Source: Craspedostauros australis
Lineage: Eukaryota
DNA length: 54,973 nt
Assembly: GCA_030167865.1 (NCBI GenBank)
Contig: JALAGF010004555.1
Span: 1-54,973 of the forward strand
Direction: 5' to 3'
Part shown: positions 1 through 14,099 of the stretch, in pieces
Position numbering within the stretch: the first letter of the stretch is position 1
Layout: each line of letters starts with the position of its first letter
Notes under the pieces: generated by a model
Told to the model about the DNA's origin: nothing
Database searches by the model: none
What the model saw: the letters and a program-made list of their open reading frames with translations, nothing else
Translations under genes and position numbers: made by a program

Positions 1-273
1 AGCCTCCGCGAAGACCATGTGGAAGCGGCGAACAATCGAAGCAACAAGTCGACAAAACGCTCCGTTGCCTTTCGCCAGAAGCGGCGAGGAGGCAAAGTTC
101 ACGTCAGACAACAACAGCAATCCGATTTGCGAAGAAACGTGCATGGGCGGAGCGACTAGGCGAGAACAATCCAAAAACGCTCTTCGCAAATACGAGGAGA
201 ATGGCAGCACACGCGCATGAAACGCAAGCGCCTCGACCGGCGGCTGCTCGGACAAGTTGGTTGTCGACGTCAT
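1..273 (-). CDS. Possible 5' part of a gene running off the left edge (hypothetical protein)
   Basis: ATG at 273 in a CCAACAATG context; the frame stays open for 91 codons to the window edge (MTSTTNLSEQPPVEALAFHARVLPF...). No motif recognised. Confidence 0.25.
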   Translation of the reverse strand, partial: MTSTTNLSEQPPVEALAFHARVLPFSSYLRRAFLDCSRLVAPPMHVSSQIGLLLLSDVNFASSPLLAKGNGAFCRLVASIVRRFHMVFAEA

Positions 274-1383
274 TGTTGGAACAACGAAGACAACACGACT
301 TGGACGTGTCTCGGAAATAGCGATACACAAAGCTGATGGTATCATTGTACAATACATGGAGTAGTCAACAGAGTACATGTGAAGTTCTTACAAAGCGCTA
401 CGCATCATACCTGACAAATGCAATGGGACTCGTTTTTAGTCCTGGGAAATGTGCGGCATAAAATTGCGGTAAATGAGTGAATTTTCCCAGCATCGGTCAA
501 TGCTTCCACTATTTCCCCTGCTCCCTGCGTTCACAGTCAACGCATCACCACAACAAGACGACGACAACGGTTGCAACACGCGAGAACGAGTGCGAGGACG
601 AACTCCCACCATCAATGAGATCCAATCGGCTTCAGCATCGTGTCGAGTCCCAACTGAACGATCCTCGCATCTCCATACCATACAACGACACACTCGCACA
701 ATCCTCGCACAATACTTGCACCATCATCCATCTGCCGCACGAGCAGTTGTGTTGGGCGCAAGAACGAAGGAGCACTATTTTGTATAATAATAATAATAGA
801 GTAGAGCAGCTGACTCAAAGATCACTGCAGCATCGAATTGCATTGTATTGTATTGCATTGCATCGTGCAGTCCTTGTACTCGCGCAAGTGGAGAGAGTGG
901 CAAAGGAGCGCATCCGAACATAGCGCCGTGGCTCGTGCGCAACGAAACGCAAAGGAAGAGCGGATCAACCAAGAAGGAAAGAGAGGTAGACAAAGGACAG
1001 AACCCCACAACACGCCACGACACGCGCCGCCAGACACGGCAAGATACACGGCAAGAAAGGCATCAAGGGAGCAGCGAACACTTCAGGAGCCGACAATTGC
1101 GGACCGATTCTCGCGCAGCTGTTGGAAACTGGTCTGCGCAAGCATTCAACGCTGCAGTCAGTGCCGCGTTCAGCACACTCTCGAGAGAGACCAGTGCTGC
1201 ATTGAGAGTTACACTCGCATTACGTTCAGTGAATGGAACGGCGTCTGAACGAACTCCGTGAGCAACACTTCACCGACTATAGACGCTGAACTTCTGCGGT
1301 CTTCACTTTCACGCAATCACTGGCCAACGCGTAACACCACCCAGACGCACATAGCCAAGGCAGAGGCAACGGATAGGCAAGGG

Positions 1384-4300
1384 ATGGGCAAGATGAGGTC
1401 CTGGATCTTTGGCAGCCAGCGGCAGACATCAGAAGACTCGACGCAAGATGCCAGCGCTTCAGCAACGGGCAGCGGCAACGCCGCCCCTCCTCATCGATCA
1501 TCGCAAGAAGCCATTACAAACATTCCTCAAGAGACGCCAAGGTACGCATCCATCGTTTGCGACTCCATTGTGTCCAATGTCTTCATGATCTCAAGCTGTC
1601 GCAGCAATGGACAGCCCGATCCATCAACTCATATGGTCACATCCTCACAACTCATCTCCACCTCCTCTGCTTCTCTCCACTCAACTCAATTCGGCTCAAC
1701 TCAACTATTTGCGCATCTACCCACACCTACCCACCCTTTTCTCTCTCTTTCATCGATTCAACAGCCGAGGATTCAGCAGCAACAGAGACACAGGCGGCGG
1801 AATGCTGTCGGAAGGAGCTGTCGGCTTCTTCTCATCGGTCGTCGGTCGCTCTGCCGGACGATCCGCAGCGCAGGATGCAGAGATTGAGCGCAAGGTCAGC
1901 CTCGCAGCGCGCAACGTCGGCGATGGCGTGCAACGCATCGTCATGATGGCCAAGGGCAGAGGAGATTCCACAGGCGATTGGAAGTCGCAGCTGCTCAAGC
2001 TCCTCGGTGGCTCCGACAAGATGGGCGTGTCCTGCGACATGGACATCCTCCTGGCGCATCAGACCAGCGACAAGTTCGTGCAGCGGTGTCTGGAGAACGA
2101 GCTGCCACCCAACATGATACACTGCCTGCGTCTCCTCAGAGTGCTCGAGCTGCAGCATGCAACGCAGCAGCACAAGAAGGCCACCGACAAGAAGGCGCCG
2201 GTCCAATCCATCTCCTCGAAGGCCACCAGCAAGGTCAGCCAGCTCCTGTGCCGCCTTTGCAAAGACAAGGCGGTGGGAGAGCAGCTGCAGCAGCATCTCT
2301 TCGGCCTGCTCGCATTGTCCGGCGCGTCCTACCCCGCGTCCGGAGTCCACGTCGCCAGAGCGGCATCGCAGGTTATCGTCGCCTTTTCCGAAAACTGTCT
2401 CAACGAATCCCTCGTTTGGTTTCTGCACGACCGCAAGATGATCATACACATGACGGACGATATTAGGGAGCTCTGCGGCATGGCCACCAGCAACAGCGGC
2501 AGCAAGGACGCTGGCGATGGTGGAAATGGTAGTGGTAGCGGTACTAACGCAACAGCCAGCCCCCAGACGGGCAGCAAGACTGGCGCGGCCGCGCTCAGCC
2601 TGTACGGAGCGCCAGCTGAAGAGCATGGGTTGTGGGCCGTATCGTTGGCAACCGTCGTCCATCTCGTCGTTAACTCTTGCAACCACGAATGCATCGAACT
2701 CTTTCGAGATTTCACATCCGCCAAAGGCAACCAGGTGCTGCAGCATGCCATCCTCAACTCGAAATCGAAGCACGGCAAGAAGCTCATGGAGCTCATCCCT
2801 CTCCTGGCCAGCTGCCGCATCAGCGTCCAGATGGAGGACGCAGACGAATCCGACACCAACAGCGCAACCATCAATGCCATCGCCGCTTCCGGCGACAAGA
2901 TGGACAGCCTTTCCAACAGAGCAATGGAGAAGCTTGCCATGAACCCCGCAGCCTTCTCCATCATGGAGGAGATCATGTTCCATTCGATACCCATGCTGCA
3001 GGCCTACGAAAAAGAGCACCAAGGGAAACGTCCAAAGATCACAGATGACGCCGACTCCACGTCAAGCCTTGCCAGATACGCAATCGAGGTGGCAAAGAAG
3101 CAGCGCTTCGTCGCGGGCAAATCGCAAGGCGCAGGTGAGAACGAATCCTTCGATCTCGCCACCGATCTCTTGCTCGCCTGCCTGCAGCTCTACTCGGAAC
3201 ATGCCGAGAACTACGAGAGGCTGGAGGAGCACAACCGTCTCATGACCTTCTACATCCTCTCATTCCCCTCCTTCTCGGATGAGAACCTCAAGGTACTCGT
3301 CCTCAAGACTGCGGAATTCGTCATCAGCGGTGTGTCCGGTGCCGACTTCATACAATGCATCTCCGTCATGAGCGATGTCTTCGCCGCCATATGCAAGCAG
3401 CTGCTCCACGATTCCGCAAACAACGCCGTGGACACGGAGGAATTCAACGGATTCCTCGTCGATGCCAGACTCATGTGCGAAACCTTCGAAAGCTTGCTCC
3501 GATTCGACAACCGTGTCGCGCCAGCCGTCAGCCAGCGGGGCACGCTCTCGAACATCGTCGAATCTCTTGTGGGCAACGTGCTCCACGAGTGGGAGGCGTA
3601 CAAATCACAACCAGCCTGGCAACCGCGCAAGTTCGTCGTCGATGGCGTGGAGTTCGTGGAACCGCTCGCAACATCGCCATTCGATGAGGTATGCTGTGTC
3701 ATCTGCCGCGTCCTCGCCATCACCTACACGCAGAAGTCCAAGCAGAATCATCGCCTCCTCTACAATGCACACGATCAAACCGAATCCACGTCGGGGGGAA
3801 CCAACGAGAATCGTCAGCTCACGCAGTTCCTGGTGATGTGCATGGAACAGCTCGGCGGCACCGCTTCGCAATCGGCGGCAGCCGTCTTGGAATCAATCAT
3901 GGTGAACCGAAAATCGTTAGAGGCGCTCCAAGAGGACATGGGTTACTATCTGTCCGTCATTGGGTACTTCGTGGACATGTTTGGCCGTGCATCTGGAGTT
4001 CTCGAAGTCGCCAGCAAGTACGCCGATGCATCCGCCTTGCCATCCACCACTCCTGCCACGGCAGCATCTCCCGCTGCGTCCACCACACCTGGCATAACCG
4101 CATCCAGAAGTTTCGATTTGGAGACTATCGAATTCACGTCGAAGGGAAGCGTTCAAAGGAACACCCTGAGTCGCGTCATTGACTTGCTCGGTATGATCAA
4201 GCCCGTGCTCAAAGCAAGTAGCCTGGCACGTGAAGCATTCCGAATTTGCGGTGGCTTCGATTGCATCATTTGGATAATACTCAGCCTGGGAAGCTCCATG

Positions 4301-7300
4301 GAATCAGTGGATGGCGATGCCAGCACCGAAGGGAAAGAAGGGATGGAAGACCTCATCTTTTCGATGCTCGGTGCTGTGCTGGCTATCGTTGAAACTGCCA
4401 CAGCGTACCAGCTCGAGAGGGTGCAAAAGGCCAATCAGTACTCATCCCTTGCGCTTCCAGCAAACAGCCTGGTCGATCCGGTGTCGACCCAGTTCTCCCC
4501 TCCATCTTCGGGGCTGCAAAACCGATACTTCCTGCGGCTGAAGGGCTTCTACCTGGATCTTGCTGTCGCGCTGTCGAAAACAAAGCTCTTCAACTCCCCG
4601 GAAACGGCAAGGAAGGTGATCGCAATGGCAATGGCACACATCGATCCCAGCCTCGAATCGACAGTTGCAACGGGTTCAGGCAACACGCCGACGGCAGGAG
4701 CAACATCATCAGCATCCGCAGCAAGACGGAGCAAGTACCGCACCATCAAGAATCCAGATGGAGCTCGGTTGGTGCTGGGAATCGCGGCGTTGTTGCCGAA
4801 GAATGACGAAGCGATGATCCAGCTATCCAAGGCCTGCTGCGAAGAGGTCGTCAATCTTTGTCAACCGGCCAAATCAGGATCCATGCTTTCACAAATGGCA
4901 ACATGCGGGCTGACATGGAGTTTGACGAATCCCTTGGAGTTTGCACCGTTGCTCGATGACGTCCAACATCACCTCAATTCTCATTTCGTGAACCTGCTGC
5001 GTCATATTGCGTCGTTCAGCATGTCGTACGGAGACTTCGTCGCGACGCTCCGGTGCATCGCCGGCGCAATGCTGTGGGATAACTCGTCGAATCGTCGTGT
5101 GCGGCTGCCAGTTATCAGCTCATCCATCCGACAGTCCACCGCCACGGACGCAGACAACAGCAGGCACGGAGGTGAAGCTGACGAGCACGATGTTGACATT
5201 TGCAGACGGCTTGAGACGCTGTGCACACTGGCAGAGAATGAGGAACGCGTGCCGCATTGCGTGGTCGGTGGCGACTCCATCAACACCATCTCGGTACTGT
5301 TCCATGAAACGAAGGTGGAAGAGAGGCTGTACAAGGCATCCGAGGATGGGCGGTTGAACTTTCTGGAAATTTCCAGCATCGACTCGTCAACTCTAAAGCC
5401 TGGTGGGTTCCTGTCGGCGGGATCAGCCGCAACTGGTTCCTCCACAGGAGGCGAGCGTGTCTGGACGCCTCTGGCAGGCAGCGGGTTTTCCTTTTCCGTC
5501 TGGATCCGTCATCCGCATGTCAACGATGACAAGAAGGATGGCAACTTGCACATCTTCGATTTGTCAAATCCAGCAGCCGCAGCACAAGGGACGCAGGGCA
5601 CGGCAGGGTTCATCTCGGTATGGTACGACCTCAAGGAGCAGCGCTTCAACGTCTTCACATCGTCGTCTCCCAGAGGCGAGCCAACCTGCTTTCCAGTCTC
5701 GCCGTTGCTGCCAGGTGTCTGGCATCATGTCCTGCTGACTTACACGCCATTCAAGCGAACCATGATGGGTCGCAAGTCTGCGTTTCATATCTACCTCGAC
5801 GGTCGACCGCTGGAGTCCGACGTGAAGATCGAAAGCGTCAACCTCCCTCCAAATTCCAAGGTCCTCATCGGTTCTCCCTCCGTATCCATCGCGACAAGCG
5901 GCGTCGTCCGCGGAATGCTCCCAGTCTGGGATCTCGGACCAACTCTCCTGATGGCGAACGTGCTGATGGAGCTTGATGCGACTGCGCTCTTCATGTTCGG
6001 TCCTGACTTCGAGGGCGTGTTTTGGGGCGACAGACCTCAACGCCTCTCGTTGTCAGCCACAGGAACAGCAGGATTCTCCATGTTGGCCGAATCAGGTGAA
6101 CCAGGTAGCGTGGCCAGCGCTCTGAGACGGCGTGAAGTATCGCGGTTGGAGCATGCTGGATCCGTCGCACGCGAACTCGGGTTGGTTGCTGACGCGGGAG
6201 AGGACAACGACTCGCTCGCGTCGCTCGGGCTGCTCTGCACGTTGCCCCCCGATTGTGTCATCTTTGCCTACCGCGCCACTGCTGCATCGGTTGTCAAGAT
6301 AACCTCGGATACGGATGCCATGTCCCATAGCAAACGCAAACCAACAGATGTCATGGTCAACCTGGCACGGCTGAATCCAACCAACGAGGTTGTGTCAACA
6401 GACGCTGATGTGTACGGCAAAGCCGGCACGGTCATTCCACGGTGCTTTGCGGACAACGTTCAATGGGCCGGCGGTCCTGAGATTCTCATGCCGCTCATCA
6501 ACGCCGCGAAGTCCAGCAAGAGCCTCGCGTTGGCATTGCGCTTGATGCGTGCCAGCACGGATAGACATCCGCCGAATTTGGAAATGATGCAGAGCGGAGC
6601 TGGTTACCAGACGCTGGCATTGCTGCTGCAAGGCAAGAGGTTCGTCGACAGTGGCGTCATCGACCAATGCTTCGCCTTTGCCGTGCATGGATTCGATGCA
6701 AGCAAGGAAGAAGAAGTGAAGATGATCAACGAGTTCCCGTACCTGAAGTTGCCAGAAACTTCCGACAGGTGGGTGTTTTCGGACATCGATGCCATGAAGC
6801 AGCTGCTGCTGAATCACCAGGTGTGGGTACTGCGCACGGCAGGTCCACAGATCCCCCTCCGGTTGGTATCCTACATGAACTGCCTCGTCGGACAAAAATC
6901 GATGCACAAGGCCTTCAACTCAAGACGCCTGCATTTGGTCGGAATCGTACGATGGACGTTGCACCTCATGATCGAAGCGGCCGAATTGTACACTGCAGGG
7001 GAGTTCGCGCAGAAGAACGAGAAAAGGAAACGGTTTGGTTCGGAAGATAGCTTCGACGTTGATTTCCGAGAGAAGCTTGGAACCAACAAGGGCTGGTACT
7101 CCGAAGCACCCAGCGTGGAAGCGGTCTCCGTGGGAGGCGATCCAGATAATCCGCTGCTCCAAAGCTGCAAGTCGTTGCTCCGTCGTGTGCTGACGTTCAT
7201 GCTGACACCGGGAGATCTGGATGCCATTGCCGACGCTGCCATGTACACACTCTGCATCGGTCAGCACACAGGACGGACAAGCTTCGCTGACAACCGAACC

Positions 7301-10300
7301 TCTGTCTCCAAGAAGGACCCGTCGATGGGCTCTCAGCGGTTGATGCCTGGCGCAGTAGCACGCGTGTACTTGCTGCGGTTACTGGAGGAGCTCATCGTTG
7401 ATGGCGTCAACGAGATTGTTGCCATACCTGACAAGACCAACGGCAACGATGGGACTACGAAACCACCCGCCAACATCCGACCCCACGCTGGCGGCATTGG
7501 CAATCCAGGCCAAACGTACCTGGCCACCGCGCTGCTGGGTGGAGCAACCAAGGAGGGTGCCATGCATCCCAAGCACACGCAGGCGCAGAACTTTTTGGGG
7601 GCCTTCGCTCGCGTCCTGTCACCAGTCTGGTTCGCGGCGTTGTTGGAGGGATGCCACGAAGAAGCCTCTGCCTCCGCAGTGCTGCGATTGATGATCCTCA
7701 TGGTTCAGAGCTCGCCGAACTTCGCTGCGGAATTCGAAGCCTCCGGTGGATTCGCACCGCTCGTCATGAGCATCCCGAAGTACTCCACCAATTCCAGCAT
7801 CACAATTTCGTTGCTCAGCCAGCTCCTGCGAGTGTCGATCCTCCACCTTCCGTGTTTTCCCACGCTGAATGCTGCGCAATTGTGCGTGGTGTTTGACGAG
7901 GAGGATGAGCTGTCAGAGATCATGACCAGGGCACACGCACGAGCAGCGCTGATGAAGAAGATCGATCCGACAGCTGGCATCTTCGCGCTGATTGCGGAAT
8001 GCATCGGGAGGAATCTTCAGCTTGCACCATTGGACACCGAAGTTGGTCGAAAGGCCAGGGAGACAAACGATGCGATTCTGGATCTCCTCACGCATCGTCA
8101 CGTATCGTCTCCGGCATTCCAGGAGTACTGCCGCACGCCCGACTTCCTGGAGCCGCTGGCGCAGGCGCTTTGCCTTTTGTACGATGAGAGATTCCAAAGG
8201 CTGCACCTCCAGGGACTCGAGAATCATCACATGGAGAACAACCGCGAGAACGAGAAGGAGGACGAAGCAGAGGCACCGTCAGGCAAAAAGGCAACCCGAA
8301 GATCCCGAAGAGGATCGCTCGCCCAGATCCCAAAGGACACAACGCCGACGGAACGGCTGATTGGCAAGCAAGGTGAGAAGTTGTTCCATGCAGGTTCCGA
8401 TATGGTGATGATGCTCCGCATGATCGTTTCCCACGCCGCCATGTCCGGCCCGATCGCCGCTCCGCTGGTCGCTGCCCTCTTCCGTTCCTTCCCAGTCCAT
8501 GCCAGCACCGACCAAGTGGAAGCGTACCATCTGGTGCTGACCGAGATCTGCAAGTCCGTTGTCGACGATGCGATCGAATTGAGCGAGGCGACTTCGTTGG
8601 CAAGCTGCGTGGGAATTTGTTCCGTCCTGCTGGACCGACTTCTTTCTGGTTGCTTCAACTCCGAGGCCATGCTCATTTGCATGGAAGCATCCATCGCGCT
8701 GCTGCGTTGCGTGTCATCGCCAGAGTCGCAGGCGTCGAGGTCGTTGGCAACGGCAGAAGTCTCATTGATCGCAGTCGACATTGCGCACATCGCTCGGCTA
8801 TCTTGCTTGGGCGTGCTCTACAGGAGTAGATCGTTGTTCGAAGGAGACGAAGGTGACCCCGAGCTTCAGGCTCTCGCGTTGGAATGCATCGACAGCAACA
8901 TCGAGGGCCTCATGATCGTGCCCAAGAATGCTGGGCAGAATCGAAAGCTGTCAAACAACAGCATCCACCCGACGCCACCCACGAACTCCAAGCTCAATCC
9001 TCTGTGGCATTCGACCAGCGTGGCCCGTTGCTCACCGTCATGGGCTGAATTCATGTATCCTGACCTGAGTGAAATCGAGGACCCGCTGAGGATGTTCATC
9101 GTCGGGCTCATGGTGGAGATGCCGTATGCGTTGAGGGATGAGGACAACGACCTGCGAACATATGCCATCAACATCACGGTGACGCTGATCCAGCAGAGGA
9201 GAGGCATCATGTCAGGCATCCTCATCCGCGAAATCCAAGTTGGTGACAAGCTGGAGACTGTGGATGCCATGAACCGTGGTGGATTCGGTGCGCTACTGGT
9301 CGCACACGAAGCAGGCGGCAGCTCATCGAAGAAGATGTTCGGCTCGTTCTTTGACTGGCTGGAAAAGCACGGTCCGAAGATCGACATGGTCTTCGAAGGC
9401 AATCGATCCGAGAGCATGCAGCTCTTCCCCGGACTTTCCAACGGAGCAGAGTCACCGCAACAAGCCATCGAGAATGAGCAAGAGCTCATGTCGACACGAT
9501 TGAGGAATGAACAAACAGCGAATGATAGGACCGTCGTGGGTGGAATCGAACGGGCGGAGCACGCGCAGAACTGCATCGATCGGTCAGCCGAAAGTCACAT
9601 GCATTGGAAGCGTCACGGATTCGACGACCTCGCGTCGGGTGCCACCAATTGGAAATTCTTGCTGCGGAGGTTGAAGGGATCTGGATCCATCTGGGAAGGC
9701 GGACCCCGAGTCAAGTCCAACTCCGTCCTCTGCCGACAACGGCAGCTGTATGCCACACTCGTCCAATCCGTGGCAAAGACAGTTTCGGCCCCCAACGAAG
9801 ATGAGCAGATGCATCAAGACCTTGTGAAGCGGTGGAAGCTGGATCTCACGGAGGGAACCGAGCGCCAGCGCCGTCGTTTGCTCCCGAACTACGAATTCCA
9901 TGGACTCTACAACATCGATGAGAAGATAGATCTCGACGTCACGCACCAAGACACGGAAAGCCTGGCATCGACTACGAAATCGACTGACGTAGATCCCAGC
10001 TCCAAACCTGATGCGGCAGTCGACGGCGAGGGCCAGCCAGCATCTGAAATTTCCGATGGTGACGAGGTTAGCGACGATGACAATGGCGATGGCGTGAGTC
10101 GGAATGTGTCCGATTTGAAACAGCAAGCAATCATCGTGGGGAGCTCCGGCGTGGAGGCGACAGCAGAGCTGCTGAAGGAATTGAACATTAAGAAGCTCGA
10201 GACGAACGGTGACGACGATGATGACTTCGATGACGATGACGAATCGCATACCGTGGGAACGGCCGTTTCGGGCAGCAGTGCGACCGATGGCAATGCCAGC

Positions 10301-13072
10301 GTACTTGAAGGCTCATCCTCCCAGGCAGCCGACGAAGAGCCACAGCCACAACCGCAGGCACCAGAAAACGCCGATGATGCCGAAAATCGGGCAGAGACCG
10401 AGAATGCATCGAGCTATGACCTGATCACTGGATTGCTTCAGATCGGGGATTGGCCGGAGGAGTCTTACAACGTGCGTCGGTGCACAGGTTTGGAGGTTCG
10501 CAAGGCATTGCTGCTTTGGTGCAAGGAGGCGATCTACATCATCGACGGGTTCGAGTCGACGGACGGCGAGGGTCTGGAAGGGCAGATCGTGCGCGTTGAG
10601 AAGGAGCAATCGTCGTACAGCATCAACCTCCGACCAAAGGACTTCAACGCGTCAGGTGATACTTCCAGCGACGTCGGAAGCAACAGCAACCACGAAGGTA
10701 CGGGCGGTCACGGGGCAGACTCCGTGAAGGCGAACAAAATGACCGCGCAAGAATCCACTAGTGACGTGCTGTACCAGCACCGCAGCCAGCGCATCGCATT
10801 CGCCGATCTTCGATCCGTCTTCCGCCGTCGGTACCAATTGCAACAGATCGCGCTGGAGCTTTACGACATCCACAATAACGGCACGTTAGTCGCGTTCGCG
10901 TCGAACAAAATTCGCGAGGACGTGCTGGCGAAGGTCTTGGAATCGCCGCTTCCCAACAGCCTCTTCAGCTCCAACTACGGGACTTCCATCAATTACAAAA
11001 AGTTCATGAACAACCTGAAGGCGAAGATCGTCTCGCAATGGGTGAACGGCAAGATGACCAACTTTGAGTTCCTCATGCATCTCAATTCTTTCGCTGGTCG
11101 GTCGTACAACGATCTGACCCAGTACCCCGTCTTCCCTTGGGTCATCGCGGACTACGAGAGCGAAGAGATCGACCTCAACGACCCAAACACATACCGAGAC
11201 TTGTCGAAGCCAATGGGTGCGCTGGGCGACGAAAGAGCGCAGCAATTTCGAGACAGGTACGAGGCGCTGCAGGCGAACTACTTCAACGAGGATGAGCCGC
11301 CGCCGTTCCATTACGGAACTCACTACTCCTGCGCCGCCTACGTCCTCTACTATCTGATGAGGCTGGAACCATTCTCGCGTCTCGCCCTCACCCTTCAGGG
11401 TGGGCGATTCGACGTCGCTGATCGGTTGTTCCACAACATCGGGAGCAGCTGGAAGAGCGCCAGCGAGGAGAACTTACAGGATGTGCGAGAGCTGATCCCT
11501 GAATTCTTCTACCTTCCCGACTTTCTGACAAACACGAACGGTTTCGACTTTGGAACCACACAGAAGGGCAAGCCCGTGCATGATGTCACCCTGCCGAAAT
11601 GGGCGAAGGGCGACCCGAAACGCTTCATCCGAATCAACCGGATGGCGTTGGAGAGCGAGTACGTGAGCAAGAATTTGCACAAATGGGTGGATTTGGTGTT
11701 TGGCTGCAAGCAACGCGGCGAAGAGGCGGTGAAGGCCTTGAACACCTTCGTGCACGTGACATACGAAGGTTCTGTGGATTTGGACTCCATGACAGATCCA
11801 GTCCAGAGGGCGTCGACCATCGCTCAGATCCAGAACTTTGGCCAGACGCCGTCGCGATTGGAACGAAGGCCGTTCTCCCAACGTTTCGTGTACCGTCCGC
11901 TGAAGAACGACAGCATCGACTTTGGTGCGTTGCCATACCTCGCACCGCTGACCCCGCCGTTCTGCATCGTCGGAGCCGTGCAACGGTGCCAGGTGAAACG
12001 TAACGTAACGGAAACCTGCAAGATGGGCCTCGCTGGTCCCGACGATCGCGCCGTGGGGGATATGTGCCTCGTGAAGGGGCAGATTATCGGCGTGGGACGC
12101 ATGTGCGCGTTGAACATCCCATCGAAGACGTACGTTCGGTACGGTGGTGCCAACGATGGCGTCAGCGTCCACACCGCGGTTGCCAGCACGCGCAATCGCG
12201 AACTCAACAAGTTGATCAGCATGCACGACATCTTGCATCGTTCCGAGATCAGCGCGCTGAAAGTGTCGCTGGATGGTCGATGGATGATCACGGGTTGCAT
12301 CGACTCCACCGTGCGCGTATGGAAGAACTGCGAACGGTCGTTCGAGCTGTGCGCCACTCTTTGCGGTCACGAGGGGTGGAAGATCACGTCCTTGGATGTG
12401 TCCACCGAGTTTGGCACGCTGGTCACTGGATGCGCGCAGGGCAACGTGATGCTGTGGGACATCCGCACCCTCACCTTCGTCCGTCGACTGCGACACCCGT
12501 TCAAGGACGACAGCAAGAAGTTCATGCACCAGGCCACATCCGTGTCGGTGAACCATCTCAATGGCAACATCGTGACGCTCGTGGGGTCTCATCTTAGCGT
12601 GTTCGACATCAACGGTACCCTGCTAGCATCGGAGTATTCACCGGGTGCGGAGCCCACGTGTGCCGTCGCCACCGACTGTCCGGAATGGAAGGAAAAGGGT
12701 GTCGTCGCCATCACGGGGCACGTGAATGGAGAGGTGCGCTTCTGGAGTTTGGACAGCGACGTCAAAACGTTGACGGTGCGGCATCTCATGGTGGACCTGG
12801 AGCACACGTGCCAGATCACGGCGCTCCGTGCAACCGGCGTCGACCGGCAGGATACGCTGCTGGTCGGCGACGAATCGGGAAAGATGTCGGTGTTCAAGAC
12901 GGTGCAATTGGAAAACCTCAGCACGAAGGAGCTGACGGAAGTCATTTCCGAACTGAAGGCGGAGCAGCCGAAGCCCAATGCGAAGGGCGACCGCAAGGGC
13001 GCCGGAGAACTCGCAGCAGGCATCCTTGGTTTGCTGCCGGGTCAGGGCCGAGAAACTGAAGAGGCACTGTAG
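1384..13072 (+). CDS. BEACH domain-containing protein (ConA-like lectin, PH, BEACH, WD40; LvsA/SPIRRIG/WDFY3-like); exons 1384..1541 and 1765..13072
   Basis: BEACH motifs WVNGKMTNFEFLMHLNSFAGRSYNDLTQYPVFPWVIADY, HYGTHYS, DVRELIPEFFYLPDFL and FGQTP (~11040-11850). PH-BEACH RRRYQLQQIALE; ConA-like GFSFSVWI...WHHVLLTY...IYLDG (~5480-5810); C-terminal WD40 repeats. The intron 1542..1764 (AG|GTACGC ... pyrimidine tract, ACAG|) joins the MGKMRSW exon in frame (phase 2), so ORF residues from 1607-1764 are intronic. Confidence 0.95.
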
Positions 13073-14099
13073 ATCAGATCATGGCAAAGCGCAAGGATGA
13101 GTGGATATGTGCTTGCGTGCATGCGCGCACGCATGGGTACTCCAAGATACAGCAGTCCGTTACCGCAGCTTTCTTCTGCTCCGACAAGCGACTGCTTGAA
13201 TGCATCAGCAATACTCGTACATCCATGGGGAACGGAAGGAACCCATTGATGCAATGGAATAAAATCGGATGAAATCAGACAAGATGAGATGAGGCGTGAC
13301 CAAGAAACAGACCAGACATCAACGGGGATATCAACAGCGGCAGCAATAGCAGTAGCAATAGCAATAGCAGCAACAATGCCACACACAACAGAACAACAGA
13401 ACAGCAATACACGGAATCATCACGTTTGTGATGGTGATGGACAAGCAAGCGCAACACAGGAAAAGAGGGGTGCAATTCTCAAACAAACAAACAAACAATC
13501 AACCAACTAACCAACCGATAAAAAGTCGACTGATCAACAAGTTGCCTGATCGACCAAGAAGGTTGGCGAAGCCAGTATTCAGACTGAATCGATTGATGGC
13601 AAGACAATGCAGGTCTGCCCAAGTATACGACAACAACAGCAGCTGCTGCTGCTGCAGCAGGTTGATGAAGCGTTCGTTGTGCCGAGACGAAAGATGATCG
13701 CCATCGTGAGTGGATGAATTTGAAGAATAGGAGACGACCAAGGCGAACATTCGAGAGTGGATTGATTGACAAATCAACAAGGGCCAGTGGTGGTGTTGTT
13801 GTCATGAAATCAACATTGGACAAAATATGATATACTATAATAGACTACATATGTTCGTGCCATCCATGCATGGCGTCTAATAGCGTAGAGCACAGTATGG
13901 ATACTCACTATCTGCGTGAAGAAATAGATCAGGGGCAACAAGCGATCGAGCTGCCCTAGTGGTGCGCACGAGTTACACGCGCCGGTGCCCCATACGTACA
14001 GGCTCAAATCCAACGGACGTTGCACAGCATCGTCAGCATCTGAATAGATGAGCGGGGTGTCTGCCATGGTACTCATAGTCGTCGCCATCATGATGGCCA

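Noticed and set aside
1607-1764. N-terminus of the 3821-aa ORF (MDSPIHQL...)
   Set aside because: It lies within a GT-AG intron with pentamer repeats and a pyrimidine tract; the real start is 1384.
1832-12592. Long antisense ORFs inside the BEACH gene (e.g. 1832..3022, 11474..12592)
   Set aside because: Shadow ORFs caused by codon bias of the sense gene, with no motifs. The same applies to 16493..17701, 33972..34832 and 42195..43367.
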